Part shown: one piece after another, positions 28,111 to 37,725 of the stretch | Layout: every line of letters starts with the position of its first letter | Numbering within the stretch: position 1 is the first letter of the stretch | Assembly (NCBI GenBank): GCA_903944345.1 | Contig: CAJARJ010000020.1 | Coordinates: 18,110-82,109 of the forward strand | Source: Candidatus Omnitrophota bacterium | GTDB taxonomy: Bacteria; Omnitrophota; Gorgyraeia; Zapsychrales; Fredricksoniimonadaceae | Direction: 5' to 3' | Length of the DNA: 64,000 bases | The notes under the pieces: generated by a model | Told to the model about the DNA's origin: nothing | The model's input: the letters and a program-made list of their open reading frames with translations, nothing else | Databases searched by the model: none | Position numbers and translations under genes: made by a program

Positions 28111-28551
28111 CTAGAAAGTCGCCAGCCAGGTTTTGGCCCCTGCGTCATAGGAAAGTGTTTCCGCTTTCCCCCGAAACAATCTGGAAAGACCAGCCGCAGC
28201 ATTATCCGGCACACTCGAAAGCGCAATGTCCACCCGGGTGCGATCCGCTGTATTTGCGTTCACCCGATAATCACCGCCATAACTGTTTGCCCCCGTCGGG
28301 TCAAACGTAGCGGGCAAATACCCGGAACTCTTCATGGCTTCGATACTAATACCTTCATACGTCAGACTCATCACCGACAGATAGTTTTGCGCTGCCAGAC
28401 GCAGGTTATCAACCGACTGGGCCTCTCTTTGCAGACGTGCCTGCGCAGCCATCCCCCCTCCAGCACTAATCATGCCGACGAGCATGGCAATAAGTCCCAA
28501 TGCAATCGAAAGTTCAACAAGAGAAAAACCATCATTTTTGTTTACTCGCAT
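28111..28551 (-). CDS. type IV pilin / pseudopilin (prepilin-type N-terminal cleavage/methylation domain)
   Basis: 146-aa ORF. MRVNKNDG|FSLVELSIALGLIAMLVGMI class III signal. AAGGAGGAG SD. Confidence 0.7.
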   Translation of the reverse strand: MRVNKNDGFSLVELSIALGLIAMLVGMISAGGGMAAQARLQREAQSVDNLRLAAQNYLSVMSLTYEGISIEAMKSSGYLPATFDPTGANSYGGDYRVNANTADRTRVDIALSSVPDNAAAGLSRLFRGKAETLSYDAGAKTWLATF

Positions 28552-28582
28552 CCGCTCCTCCTTTTTTATTTTAAAACACCCC

Positions 28583-29662
28583 TCATGGGTGCATCATCCC
28601 TATATTTGCCAGATTCCCATACAGCGGCCTGAAAAAGGCAAAAACCAGCAACGCCATCACCCCCGCACACAGAAGGATCAACGCCGGCTGCAAAAAATCA
28701 ACAACCCGCTTGACCCGGGACTCCAGAGAACGCCGGCATAGCTGGTAACCCCGGAAGAAATACTCGTCAAGGCATCCGGATAACTCCCCGACTCTAAGAG
28801 TCTCGCCAACCCAGGAAGGGAAATACGCATCCTGCAAAAACGCGGACGACAGCATCTGCCCGCTGACCAGTCTGGTCCGGCAAGAATTCATGTGATAACG
28901 AGTCCGGCCTCCCGACGCGACAGCTGCCTCCGCCAGAGATTCATCCAGAGTAATTCCGCTTTTAAGCATCAACGACAACAGAAAAAATCCCATGGCCAGC
29001 TCCCGATCCCGAATCAGTCGCCCCACAAAAGGACACCGGGCCTGCCAGCCCGAGAACACAAGCGGCTCGGTTCTTTGCACCAGCCAAAGTCCGCCAACGA
29101 TAAGTAAGACAATTCCCAGCCAAAACGGCCACTGCATCCTCACTGTGCAAGCCAGACGCAACATGCCCCCGGTCAAAGGCCCGGAAAAAGTGCTCTGCGG
29201 CAAAAGGCTGCCCAGCCGCGGAACAATCTCGAACGAAATATAACCGGCAACCAAAAGCAGAATGACCAGCACAAACAAAGGATATCCCATAGCTCCAGCC
29301 AGCTGATGTCCTACCTCGTCGCTGGCATGGTAATATTCCGCCAAAGCCCGGGCTGAACGGGAAATTTGTCCTGCCTTGCCGGCAGCGTTGAGTGCGCGCA
29401 AGGCACATTCTTCGAAAATACCGCACTCCCCCATGGCCTGCCCAAGAGACAAGCCCCGGTCAAGGGAACGAAGCATATGCGCACAGGCCCGCGCCAGCGT
29501 CCGGCTTCCGGAAGCCCCTTCGAGGCAGCGCAGCGCGGCACCAAGCGAGAGTCCGGCAGAAAGCATGTTGGAAAGATCTTCGAAAAAGAACGCGGCCTCA
29601 GCCGCCGACAGCTTCTGCCCGGAATAGAATATCCTTAACCAAGAACCCTGACCGCTTCGCAT
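28583..29662 (-). CDS. type II secretion / type IV pilus platform protein (GspF/PilC family)
   Basis: Two T2SS_F-like repeats with TM helices (..FFFEDLSNMLSAGLSLGAAL.. and ..LAEAAVASGG..). Start chosen at ATG 29662 with a GGAGG SD. The ORF is open to 29854 but would overlap the upstream ATPase by 220 nt. Confidence 0.7.
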   Translation of the reverse strand: MRSGQGSWLRIFYSGQKLSAAEAAFFFEDLSNMLSAGLSLGAALRCLEGASGSRTLARACAHMLRSLDRGLSLGQAMGECGIFEECALRALNAAGKAGQISRSARALAEYYHASDEVGHQLAGAMGYPLFVLVILLLVAGYISFEIVPRLGSLLPQSTFSGPLTGGMLRLACTVRMQWPFWLGIVLLIVGGLWLVQRTEPLVFSGWQARCPFVGRLIRDRELAMGFFLLSLMLKSGITLDESLAEAAVASGGRTRYHMNSCRTRLVSGQMLSSAFLQDAYFPSWVGETLRVGELSGCLDEYFFRGYQLCRRSLESRVKRVVDFLQPALILLCAGVMALLVFAFFRPLYGNLANIGMMHP

Positions 29663-31245
29663 AACGACAACACTCCTTCCCTGACCAAACGACATGCATC
29701 TGCACGCATAGAAACAAACCCCGCGCGGGCGGCCTGCCGGGGCACAAGTTCGCTCATTAACCCCTGCTCGATAAGAAACCGGTCTTCTTCCTCTATACAG
29801 AAAATCTCGGCCACCACTGTCCTCCCGCTGAAGCCACCCCGGCAAGCGGAGCACCCAGCGGGGACAAAAAATTTCCGGTCACTGTGCAAAAGATATGCCT
29901 CGGCACCCGAAGGGATGCCACGGATATCCCCTTCCTTACGGCATTCCGGGCACAATTTACGCACCAGACGCTGGGCTATCACACAATTTAAAGTTGCGGC
30001 CAGATGCGCCCAATCCACGCCAAGGTCTCGCAGACGAAGAAAAGCTCCGGTCGCACTATTGGTATGCAGAGTAGAAAAAACCCGATGTCCGGTCTCTGCC
30101 GCCCGGACAGCCTCGCGAGCGGTTTTCTCGTCGCGAATCTCTCCGACCAGTACAATATCCGGATCATGCCGCAACAAGGCTCTGGTCACATCCGGAAAAT
30201 CGTATCCCTTGGCGCTGTCAACACTGACCTGGGTGACACATGAAGCCCGTACTTCAACCGGATCTTCCACAGATACGATCTTGATCTCGCTATCTTTTAC
30301 CCGACCGATCATGGCATGCAGTCCAGTGGTCTTACCGCAACCGGTCGGACCGGTGATTAAAACCAGTCCATGCGGACGCCGCAAGACGCGCTCCAGCACC
30401 TTCTGGTGTTCCGGCGAATATCCAAGCGGTTCCAGGGACATGGCTTCCCGCCCGCGTTCCAAAAGACGCAAAACCAGCGCAGAACCATTTAAAGACGGCA
30501 AATGGGAAACACGCACATCGACGACCCGTCCCCTGGCCTCAAATTCGAAACGGGCATCATGGAAACGCAAAAAGTCCCCCGCGCTGATCCCGGCACGCCG
30601 AAAAACCCGATTGACAAAAAATGGATGCTCTCCCAGCGGCCAGGAACGGTGAAAATGCAAAACACCGTCGATACGCAACCGGCTCTCGAAAGAAGACGAC
30701 GAAGGCTCGATATGAATATCTGTTGCTCCGGCAACTACAGCCTCGACCAGAATCCGGGCAACAGGATCATCGTCACCGGAATCCGCCCCTTCCGGTTCAG
30801 GACTGACACCACCGCCTGAAGAAGGCCTCAACAACTGCAAGGCCCGGTCAAGAGCACGCGGGGCGGCAACCATAAAAAAGATCTGCGAACCAAAAAGAGC
30901 CCTTAACTCATCGGTCAGTCCGGTCTGCAGGGTATCAGCCAGCACAAAAAATCGGCGTACGGCGCTCCGGGCCGGAAAAATCTTGCGCTTCCTGAAAAAG
31001 TCTTCCCCCAAAGCAGACAAAGCCTCCTGATCCACGCTCCAGTCTCCGTCATAATACGGCCACCCCGACTGCTCTGCTACAGCCCGCGCCACATCTTCTT
31101 CCCGACTCAAATGCTGTTCGACCAGTATCCGTCCCAGACGCCGGCCGCCGCCCTGCGCTTTTTGCACGGCCAGACACATGCTCAAATCTCCTGGACGCAA
31201 CTTATTGCGGCGTATAAGTATAGATCCAAGCCTTTCAGCACTCAT
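29635..31245 (-). CDS. GspE/PilB-family secretion ATPase with MshEN-like N-terminal domain
   Basis: 536-aa ORF. Walker A GPTGCGKTT, Asp/His boxes, tetracysteine CPEC...CSAC. N-terminal ~140 aa resembles the T2SSE_N domain. ATGA overlap with the upstream gene. Confidence 0.85.
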   Translation of the reverse strand: MSAERLGSILIRRNKLRPGDLSMCLAVQKAQGGGRRLGRILVEQHLSREEDVARAVAEQSGWPYYDGDWSVDQEALSALGEDFFRKRKIFPARSAVRRFFVLADTLQTGLTDELRALFGSQIFFMVAAPRALDRALQLLRPSSGGGVSPEPEGADSGDDDPVARILVEAVVAGATDIHIEPSSSSFESRLRIDGVLHFHRSWPLGEHPFFVNRVFRRAGISAGDFLRFHDARFEFEARGRVVDVRVSHLPSLNGSALVLRLLERGREAMSLEPLGYSPEHQKVLERVLRRPHGLVLITGPTGCGKTTGLHAMIGRVKDSEIKIVSVEDPVEVRASCVTQVSVDSAKGYDFPDVTRALLRHDPDIVLVGEIRDEKTAREAVRAAETGHRVFSTLHTNSATGAFLRLRDLGVDWAHLAATLNCVIAQRLVRKLCPECRKEGDIRGIPSGAEAYLLHSDRKFFVPAGCSACRGGFSGRTVVAEIFCIEEEDRFLIEQGLMSELVPRQAARAGFVSMRADACRLVREGVLSLCEAVRVLG

Positions 31246-31697
31246 AACTCCACCCTCAGGACAATAGTTTCCCCCTGCGCACCTGTCAGAATTGCACCAT
31301 TTTCATCAAGCGAACTGACTTCAAAACCGCCAACACGCTCTTTTTCCCTTGCCCAAACTTGCTGGGCATCAAACTGAAAACAGCCCCGCCAAATCCCCGC
31401 GATAGAAACAACCGAACGCAAGGATAGCGTCAGCGACTGCGCCCGGGAAACCCCGTCCTTCGCTATATCACTGACCTGCAATGGGATATCCGTCCCTATT
31501 TTTTTTAACTCGTGCTCTACTCTGGCTTTTTCCAGATCAAGCTGCAACAGACGCAAGGATTGCTCTTTATCCTGCACACTGGAAGAATATGCTCTTAAGC
31601 GCGACAAAGATTCCTTCATATCCTCTTCTCCTGCTCTGACCGGACCTGACTGCAGCAAAAATGCTGCCACAATTACGGCTATTCCTGTTTTGATCAT
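31242..31697 (-). CDS. hypothetical periplasmic protein with signal peptide (part of pilus/secretion module)
   Basis: 151-aa ORF. MIKTGIAVIVAAFLLQSGPVRA signal peptide. ATGA-coupled to both neighbours. No motif recognised. Confidence 0.35.
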   Translation of the reverse strand: MIKTGIAVIVAAFLLQSGPVRAGEEDMKESLSRLRAYSSSVQDKEQSLRLLQLDLEKARVEHELKKIGTDIPLQVSDIAKDGVSRAQSLTLSLRSVVSIAGIWRGCFQFDAQQVWAREKERVGGFEVSSLDENGAILTGAQGETIVLRVEL

Positions 31698-32188
31698 CCT
31701 TTCACCTGCTCCCCTTTCACAACAATGACCAGCGTTAATACATCTTTTGTTTGTTTAAACTCTTCGAGCTCGAACAATCCTGAACGCATCCCCCCCGAGA
31801 TCACCGCCAACACCCGGCCCAGCATGGCCCGGTCACGGACAGACCCCAGCGATACCTGCAGGCGCGAAGAGTCCAACCCGTCGGCAGCCTCTGGCGAATC
31901 TGTGGAGGTCTGCCCCAAAGAGATTGTTTGCAGAAACACCGAAACTCCTTCCGCCCGGGTCAGATCCTGCAAAAATAGCGTCAGTCGTTCATGCGCCCCT
32001 GAAAGATCATCCGGTCGGCTGTGCGGTAAACTTTGCAAATTCTTTAAACGGCCCCCATCTTGCTGTAACCGGACACGAATCTCCTGCAAGGAAGTCTCCA
32101 CTGCGCGGACAGACTGGTAAACCCCAAGACCATTGTATAAACAGGACACAACCAATCCGCCGGCAAACAGCACAAGAAACAAGCGCAT
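31694..32188 (-). CDS. GspM/PilO-like bitopic inner-membrane protein (assignment by topology only)
   Basis: 164-aa ORF. N-terminal TM (LFLVLFAGGLVVSCLY) followed by a coiled-coil-like periplasmic region. Position is between the GspL-like gene and the ATPase. Confidence 0.35.
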   Translation of the reverse strand: MRLFLVLFAGGLVVSCLYNGLGVYQSVRAVETSLQEIRVRLQQDGGRLKNLQSLPHSRPDDLSGAHERLTLFLQDLTRAEGVSVFLQTISLGQTSTDSPEAADGLDSSRLQVSLGSVRDRAMLGRVLAVISGGMRSGLFELEEFKQTKDVLTLVIVVKGEQVKG

Positions 32189-32210
32189 ACCTTCCCTCTC
32201 TCAACAGACA

Positions 32211-33335
32211 TTAAAATCGCGGCTCAACCCGTACAGAGACCTCGACTGCCGGCCGTCCACCCTGAAAAATGCGGTTCAGCTTTCTTTGATGAAAAAGACC
32301 CTCCCGACCAAAACTTCCTTCTCCGCGCACAACAAGAACCGCACCAAAATGCCCTCCGCCTTGCGCATCAGCCCGCCATTGCAGGCTCGCCACAGTCCAT
32401 TCGGGCGGCATATTCCAGATCAATTGATAGAACAACTCATCAAGATTCACTGCCTGCCGGCGGCGCAAGCGTTCCTGATAGGTCTGCGCCAATGCCGAAC
32501 GCAGCAACACATACTGACTGTCCACCTCACGGCTCAACTCCGCACGTAAACTTTCCAACCGGCCAAGATGCTGACGCATAAAAAGATTACCGACGACAAG
32601 CAGACAACCAGTCCCCGCTACCAGTGCCCCTATAACCCAGGATCTTCGGCGACGCACAGAGGTTTCACGGCGTGAAAGCTCCTCAGGGGGCAGGAACCCG
32701 GTTGCAGGATTCCAGAAGCCCGCCGCCAGAAGCCCCGGCGACCCGGCGTCCATCCGCCGGGTCCGCCATCCGGTCTGTGCGGATATTTGCTCAAGACAGG
32801 GATGATTCGAAATTATGCACCGTTTATCCACAGCTGTGCACAACCTGGCACTGCGATGCAGTTCTTCCACTAACGCAGCAGTCTCCAAAGAAGGAAATTC
32901 ACGCGTCTCAACCACCCTGCCGTCCTCGATCACTGTAAGCAAGACCAAACCGCAGATTTCTTCAAGCACCATAACGACTCCGTCAGGAATACCCTGCTCG
33001 TGCCTGACAAAATATTGAGCGACCGCAAGCCCATACGGCGCGCAGCAGGCAATATTGTTCCCGGGGAACAGAGAAAAAATTTCACGGATCCGTTCAACCG
33101 GCATGGCCGCCAAAGAGAATCCCCCACCAGGCAGGCTTTGCTCCATATAAACATTGCTCTGCCCGGATGAAGTCTTGCTGTATGTCTTTTTATCCTCAAA
33201 AACAACCCCGGTCACCAGAACCTGTACCGGCTCCCGGAGAAATGAAAATTCGTCCTTAACGGCATTTCTGGGTATACGACGCAATTGTCCTTGCGTTTCA
33301 TAAATCACGCTGTCAAAAGTAAATACAAGTGTCAT
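32211..33335 (-). CDS. GspL/PilM-PilN-like protein: cytoplasmic domain, single TM, periplasmic domain (assignment by architecture)
   Basis: ATG at 33335 overlaps the secretin stop (TGATG). ~220-aa cytoplasmic region, TM (SWVIGALVAGTGCLLVVGNLFM), ~130-aa periplasmic helical region. Confidence 0.4.
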   Translation of the reverse strand: MTLVFTFDSVIYETQGQLRRIPRNAVKDEFSFLREPVQVLVTGVVFEDKKTYSKTSSGQSNVYMEQSLPGGGFSLAAMPVERIREIFSLFPGNNIACCAPYGLAVAQYFVRHEQGIPDGVVMVLEEICGLVLLTVIEDGRVVETREFPSLETAALVEELHRSARLCTAVDKRCIISNHPCLEQISAQTGWRTRRMDAGSPGLLAAGFWNPATGFLPPEELSRRETSVRRRRSWVIGALVAGTGCLLVVGNLFMRQHLGRLESLRAELSREVDSQYVLLRSALAQTYQERLRRRQAVNLDELFYQLIWNMPPEWTVASLQWRADAQGGGHFGAVLVVRGEGSFGREGLFHQRKLNRIFQGGRPAVEVSVRVEPRF

Positions 33336-34792
33336 CACAAGCCCTCCCTTGCGGGCGTCAGCATAATGACCAGTTCACTTCGGACACTCCGGCGGGTATC
33401 ATAAGAAAAGATACGCCCCAGAAACGGCAGACGGCCAAGAACCGGAACCCCGTGATGTCTGACCAGCGTATTGCGGGTAATAAGCCCACCAATAACTGCG
33501 GTCTGGCCAAAACGCAAACGCACCATGCTGCTCATCGATTTGACTGATGTTTCCGGAGCCTCAACCCGCGCGCCCTGGCCTAGCTCAACCGAACGGATAT
33601 CGTCAATCATGCTGACCACCGGAGTCACATTGATAAAAACCTCATCTCCAACAATATTCCCCATTAACTGCAGGGTCACTCCTCCATGCACATCCCCCAG
33701 GGTGACCGCGCTGATGGTCTGCCCCGTCTGGCTCATTGTGATGCCGCTCGAATCAATATAAGACCGGGTTTGCCCGACCTGGATACCGGCCAGGGTATTG
33801 TTCAGCATCGTAACCCGCGGCTGGGACACCACCTCAACCCGGCCAAAAACCTCCAGCGCGCGGATCAAGGATGTCACCCCTCCCTGGATTGCCCCTTGCC
33901 CATCTTCTGCTGACAGTTTCAAATAACCTCCGCCAGCAACATTCTCCCCGGAAAAATCCACCACGGCATTCAGGCTGTCCCGGCCTTTACGCTGAAGTAA
34001 TACGTTCCAGTCAATCCCCAGCTTGTGTTCGTTGGAAAGTTCGACTTCAACCAACTTGATATCGGCAAAGATCTGCCGCGACACCCGGGCATTGATTTCA
34101 TCCATAAATGAAGCCACCCGGCTCAACGCCACCGGCGCATCGGTAACCACCGCCAGTCCTCCGCTGCGATTCAGCGAGAGTGTCCCTGCCGGGGTCAACA
34201 AAGAACGGATATTGCGTTCAATATCATCCCAATACGACAACTCGCCGCTTTTGTTCTCCAGAAAAAGACCCGCCCCCACACGCACTCGTCCGGAGGCGCT
34301 ATTCTCTCCCGTCTGCACGCCTCCAGCCCGGCTTTCATTTGATGTCAGGCTTTCCCCTTTCTGCACAACCGGAGGAAGAAATACAGAGAAAATCCTGGTC
34401 TCGCTGGCCAGGACAACAAGATCTTCGCCCTGCTGCCGGACACCATAACCATCAGCATAAACAACGGCTTCCAATGCCCGTTCGACCGTAACCCCGGACA
34501 ACCGCAGATTGATCTCTTTGTCCCGAACACCCGGGCCGATAATCAGATTCTTACCCGCCGCATCGGCCATCAGCTGTAACACTTCATACAAACGAAAACG
34601 GCCGTTGAGCTTGACCGGCAGCGTCGGGGTTTGCTCCGGCATCTGCGCTATGGATTGACGTTCTTCCTGAATAGCCGCCGGACGGGCAGCAACACGTGCC
34701 CATTCTTCGGCCACAACCTTGTTTTCCTGCATCTCGGCCTTGGCCGGAACACTCAACAACATAAGACCCAAAAGCACCCACCCTGTTTTCAT
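33335..34792 (-). CDS. secretin (GspD/PilQ family outer-membrane channel)
   Basis: Start at ATG 34792 (MKTGWVLLGLMLLSVPAKA signal peptide; ATGA overlap with the upstream lipoprotein stop). C-terminal secretin signature ...GVPVLGRLPFLGRIFSYDTRRSVRSELVIMLTP. Confidence 0.8.
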   Translation of the reverse strand: MKTGWVLLGLMLLSVPAKAEMQENKVVAEEWARVAARPAAIQEERQSIAQMPEQTPTLPVKLNGRFRLYEVLQLMADAAGKNLIIGPGVRDKEINLRLSGVTVERALEAVVYADGYGVRQQGEDLVVLASETRIFSVFLPPVVQKGESLTSNESRAGGVQTGENSASGRVRVGAGLFLENKSGELSYWDDIERNIRSLLTPAGTLSLNRSGGLAVVTDAPVALSRVASFMDEINARVSRQIFADIKLVEVELSNEHKLGIDWNVLLQRKGRDSLNAVVDFSGENVAGGGYLKLSAEDGQGAIQGGVTSLIRALEVFGRVEVVSQPRVTMLNNTLAGIQVGQTRSYIDSSGITMSQTGQTISAVTLGDVHGGVTLQLMGNIVGDEVFINVTPVVSMIDDIRSVELGQGARVEAPETSVKSMSSMVRLRFGQTAVIGGLITRNTLVRHHGVPVLGRLPFLGRIFSYDTRRSVRSELVIMLTPAREGL

Positions 34793-35220
34793 TCGAGCTC
34801 TCCTTGCGTAATTTTCTGCCCCGATCCCGGCATCGGGGTTATGTCTGCGACAATAAACGCCCCGGAATGCGTCGGCGATTGCACCACTGGTACTGACAAA
34901 GGGAAAGCTCCGCTTTTCTTCCATTCCCCCGGGGTGATAATGACCGGCTCGGCATGCCGGGGATAAAAAACACCATCGGCAATATGCGCCGGAATGATCA
35001 CATCCTGAACCAGAGGAGCGCTCCAGCTGCCGTCAAGATACGGGAAATCATTACCGTTTAACCCTTCAACCACGTCTCCTATCTGTGCCGACACACCGGC
35101 TCGATACCCCTGCAAATACGTACCGCGTTCCCTGCGGCTGAAGTTCTTCTGCCCCACGCAACCGGCAGAGGCCAGCAGAACAACCACCAATCCCACCCAA
35201 CATCCCCTAACGTAACCCAT
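34789..35220 (-). CDS. lipoprotein (candidate secretin pilotin or TraW/TrbC-position accessory protein)
   Basis: Start at ATG 35220 (MGYVRGCWVGLVVVLLASAGC, lipobox LASAGC). 143 aa. The ORF is open further upstream but would overlap traC. Confidence 0.45.
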   Translation of the reverse strand: MGYVRGCWVGLVVVLLASAGCVGQKNFSRRERGTYLQGYRAGVSAQIGDVVEGLNGNDFPYLDGSWSAPLVQDVIIPAHIADGVFYPRHAEPVIITPGEWKKSGAFPLSVPVVQSPTHSGAFIVADITPMPGSGQKITQGELE

Positions 35221-37723
35221 GTGGCATCTTTCCGGCGCACACCATAAGCGCCCTGGTGAGGTTCCCATCCTGTTGACGACGAATTTCATCCAGAAATTCG
35301 TTCTCCCTGGCATCGCTGGTTGCCGCCCAATACAAAAAAGGATCAGGAGCCAGACGAATGACCCCGCCGCCTGTACCGGCAAGCAGCAAAGCTTCTGAAT
35401 AGCGCCCCCGCACCGTAACCAGAGAACGCAAAAGTTCCCCGGTCTGCGGACTAAAGGCCAGCTCCCGGCACAACCGTTCAATAATCCCGCTTTCCTGACG
35501 TAAAAATATCTTGTGCGCGCTATTCGCCAGGATGGCCAATCCTGCCGGCTGCTGCAACAAGTCAGCGGTTTCCTGGGTCACCGCCACAGCCGCACAGCGA
35601 TATTTCCGAAACGTTTTGAAAGCCGCCGAAATGAAATCCGCTGTCGATGACGTTTTTAACAACTGCCAGGCCTCATCAATAATCAGAAACTTGTTTTTAC
35701 CGCGCAATTCCTCGGCCGAAACAAAGCCGGTTATCAAAAACATGATATTAAGCAAGGCCACCAGTTGCAGATCCGGGTAACGGGAGATTTGTGCCAGTTC
35801 AAAGACCGTAAAACGTCCTCCGGGTGCAAATTGATTCTGCCCGTCAAAGAAAGCCCCATACTGTCCCCTGCGGGTATAGGGCATAAGTCGCAGGGCCAGG
35901 CGAAACGCCATATCTGCTCCGCTGACCCCGGCGAAACAAACCGAAGGATCTTCCAGAACGGATACCACATCGCTTAGAACCAGCTCCCGACTACTGTTTT
36001 GATCATGCCGGGCATACGCCTCCAGCACAGCCAGATGCAGAACCCCTTTCTCTTCCCGCGAAAGGCGGTCACGTTCGTCCCCTCCGCTGGCCATTAATGC
36101 CAGCATATCTACCAGAAAAGCCAGCCCCTCGGACTGAAGCGTCCTGGCAAAAGGATTTATCAACACCGGGGAAGACATATCGAGTGAAACATAGCTGCCA
36201 CCCAGCACCTCGCAGGTCTTCCGGTAAGAGTGCCCCTTGTCGAGCACAAAGAAATGCGCTCCGGTCCGGTAGTTCTGATGAATAAAATCATTGGTAAAAA
36301 ATGATTTCCCTGCTCCTGAAGCGCCAATAATCACCGCATGCGGATTGGTGTCGGAATCAAACAGATCGAAGAACACCGGCTCCCCCCTGCGGTTAAGATA
36401 AACCGCCGCCGGCGTGCCAGTTCCCTGGAAGGCCCCATATAAAGGAAGCATATCCGCAAGATTGTCCGATAACATTCGCCTTTTACGTCGGATAAAAGGT
36501 TCGCGGCGATGATCATAATTCAATGGCAGGCAAGTCAGAAACAATGACGACCCGATAGCATCTTCCCGCACAGCCTGCATTCCACTGCGGCCCAGAAGAT
36601 GAATAATATGATCGGCCTGTCGCAACGACTCCTGCTCGTCAACACTGCCGCAGACAAAATGAATCCTGGCCTCAAGAACCGACTGTCCTCCCTGAAAAAG
36701 CCGGCTAATGACCGCACTAAGCTCTTCTTTCTTGCCTACGGCCTCCTCGCTGACATCTCCCAGCGAGGAAGACCGACGGATGAAAGCAAAAGCTTTCTGT
36801 GCCTTGAGCTTGGCGAGCGCCCGGCTCTGATCAGGCACAATAAAGTTGAAGACCATAGCCATATCGCCCAGCTCATCCCAGAAGCTTCCTCTGTGCCCGG
36901 CCAGCAACATCCCGGCGAAAGTCTGTGCGGGAAGCTCTTTAATGGTGACCATCCGCAGGGTCGTGCCGTCAAGTTTCAGCCCTTCGGAAGATATTTTCAC
37001 CGGACTATACAAAAGCTGATCCCGAATAAAACCCTGATCCCGAACGGGAGGCGGAACATGCTGCGAACGGCGGGGATTGAGCATTTTATACAAAAGAGCA
37101 GTTATGTCCTTTCCATCCAGGCAGACACAGGCAAGCCCCAGTGAACGCAGACCATTCTCGATCTGGCGAACCTGCCGCAAAAATTTCTCTTTATGTTCCT
37201 GCCATTGAAGAGAAATGACGCGTGACACCTGACGAGTATCACAAAAGAAAGCCTCTGCCCTGACCCCGCCAGGCACATTCCGCCAGGAAGGAAAGACGCG
37301 CACCGAGAAAATCAGCCTGATCCGCCTGACTTTCACTCGGTCCATCGTTTGTCCGTTTCGCGCCAGTGCGACCATGGAGGTCAAACGGCTGTCAAGCGCT
37401 GCGGCCACCACTTCCGAATTCTGCGCGCAACCAAACAAGCGATAACGCTCCAGCAAAGGCTCAATATCATCACTCCCCCATAGAATCACCTGCGCGTGTA
37501 CATCCGACGGAAGAGTTCCGATAAAAGCGGCCAATCCCAAAGAAAATTTTTCCCGCTCCTCGTCACAGGCCAGCTCCACATCACGGCTGACGATTTGCCA
37601 GACCCGACCCAGGCTGCCATCAACATTCAGTAATACGCCCTCAACCTCTTCTGCATAGGGCAAGTAATCAGCCAAAGATGGGCCATCGGCAAAAAGCTTG
37701 TTTATATCCTGGTCTTTCAACAT
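35207..37723 (-). CDS. traC: F-type T4SS ATPase TraC (VirB4 family)
   Basis: 838-aa ORF. Walker A VIIGASGAGKSFFTND, Walker B FLIIDEAWQLL. Size and position (after TraV-like lipoprotein, before TraU) match F TraC. Confidence 0.8.
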   Translation of the reverse strand: MLKDQDINKLFADGPSLADYLPYAEEVEGVLLNVDGSLGRVWQIVSRDVELACDEEREKFSLGLAAFIGTLPSDVHAQVILWGSDDIEPLLERYRLFGCAQNSEVVAAALDSRLTSMVALARNGQTMDRVKVRRIRLIFSVRVFPSWRNVPGGVRAEAFFCDTRQVSRVISLQWQEHKEKFLRQVRQIENGLRSLGLACVCLDGKDITALLYKMLNPRRSQHVPPPVRDQGFIRDQLLYSPVKISSEGLKLDGTTLRMVTIKELPAQTFAGMLLAGHRGSFWDELGDMAMVFNFIVPDQSRALAKLKAQKAFAFIRRSSSLGDVSEEAVGKKEELSAVISRLFQGGQSVLEARIHFVCGSVDEQESLRQADHIIHLLGRSGMQAVREDAIGSSLFLTCLPLNYDHRREPFIRRKRRMLSDNLADMLPLYGAFQGTGTPAAVYLNRRGEPVFFDLFDSDTNPHAVIIGASGAGKSFFTNDFIHQNYRTGAHFFVLDKGHSYRKTCEVLGGSYVSLDMSSPVLINPFARTLQSEGLAFLVDMLALMASGGDERDRLSREEKGVLHLAVLEAYARHDQNSSRELVLSDVVSVLEDPSVCFAGVSGADMAFRLALRLMPYTRRGQYGAFFDGQNQFAPGGRFTVFELAQISRYPDLQLVALLNIMFLITGFVSAEELRGKNKFLIIDEAWQLLKTSSTADFISAAFKTFRKYRCAAVAVTQETADLLQQPAGLAILANSAHKIFLRQESGIIERLCRELAFSPQTGELLRSLVTVRGRYSEALLLAGTGGGVIRLAPDPFLYWAATSDARENEFLDEIRRQQDGNLTRALMVCAGKMPHGLR

Positions 37724-37725
37724 CT

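Noticed and set aside
36599-37144. 181-aa plus-strand ORF
   Set aside because: Antisense inside traC. No SD or motif.
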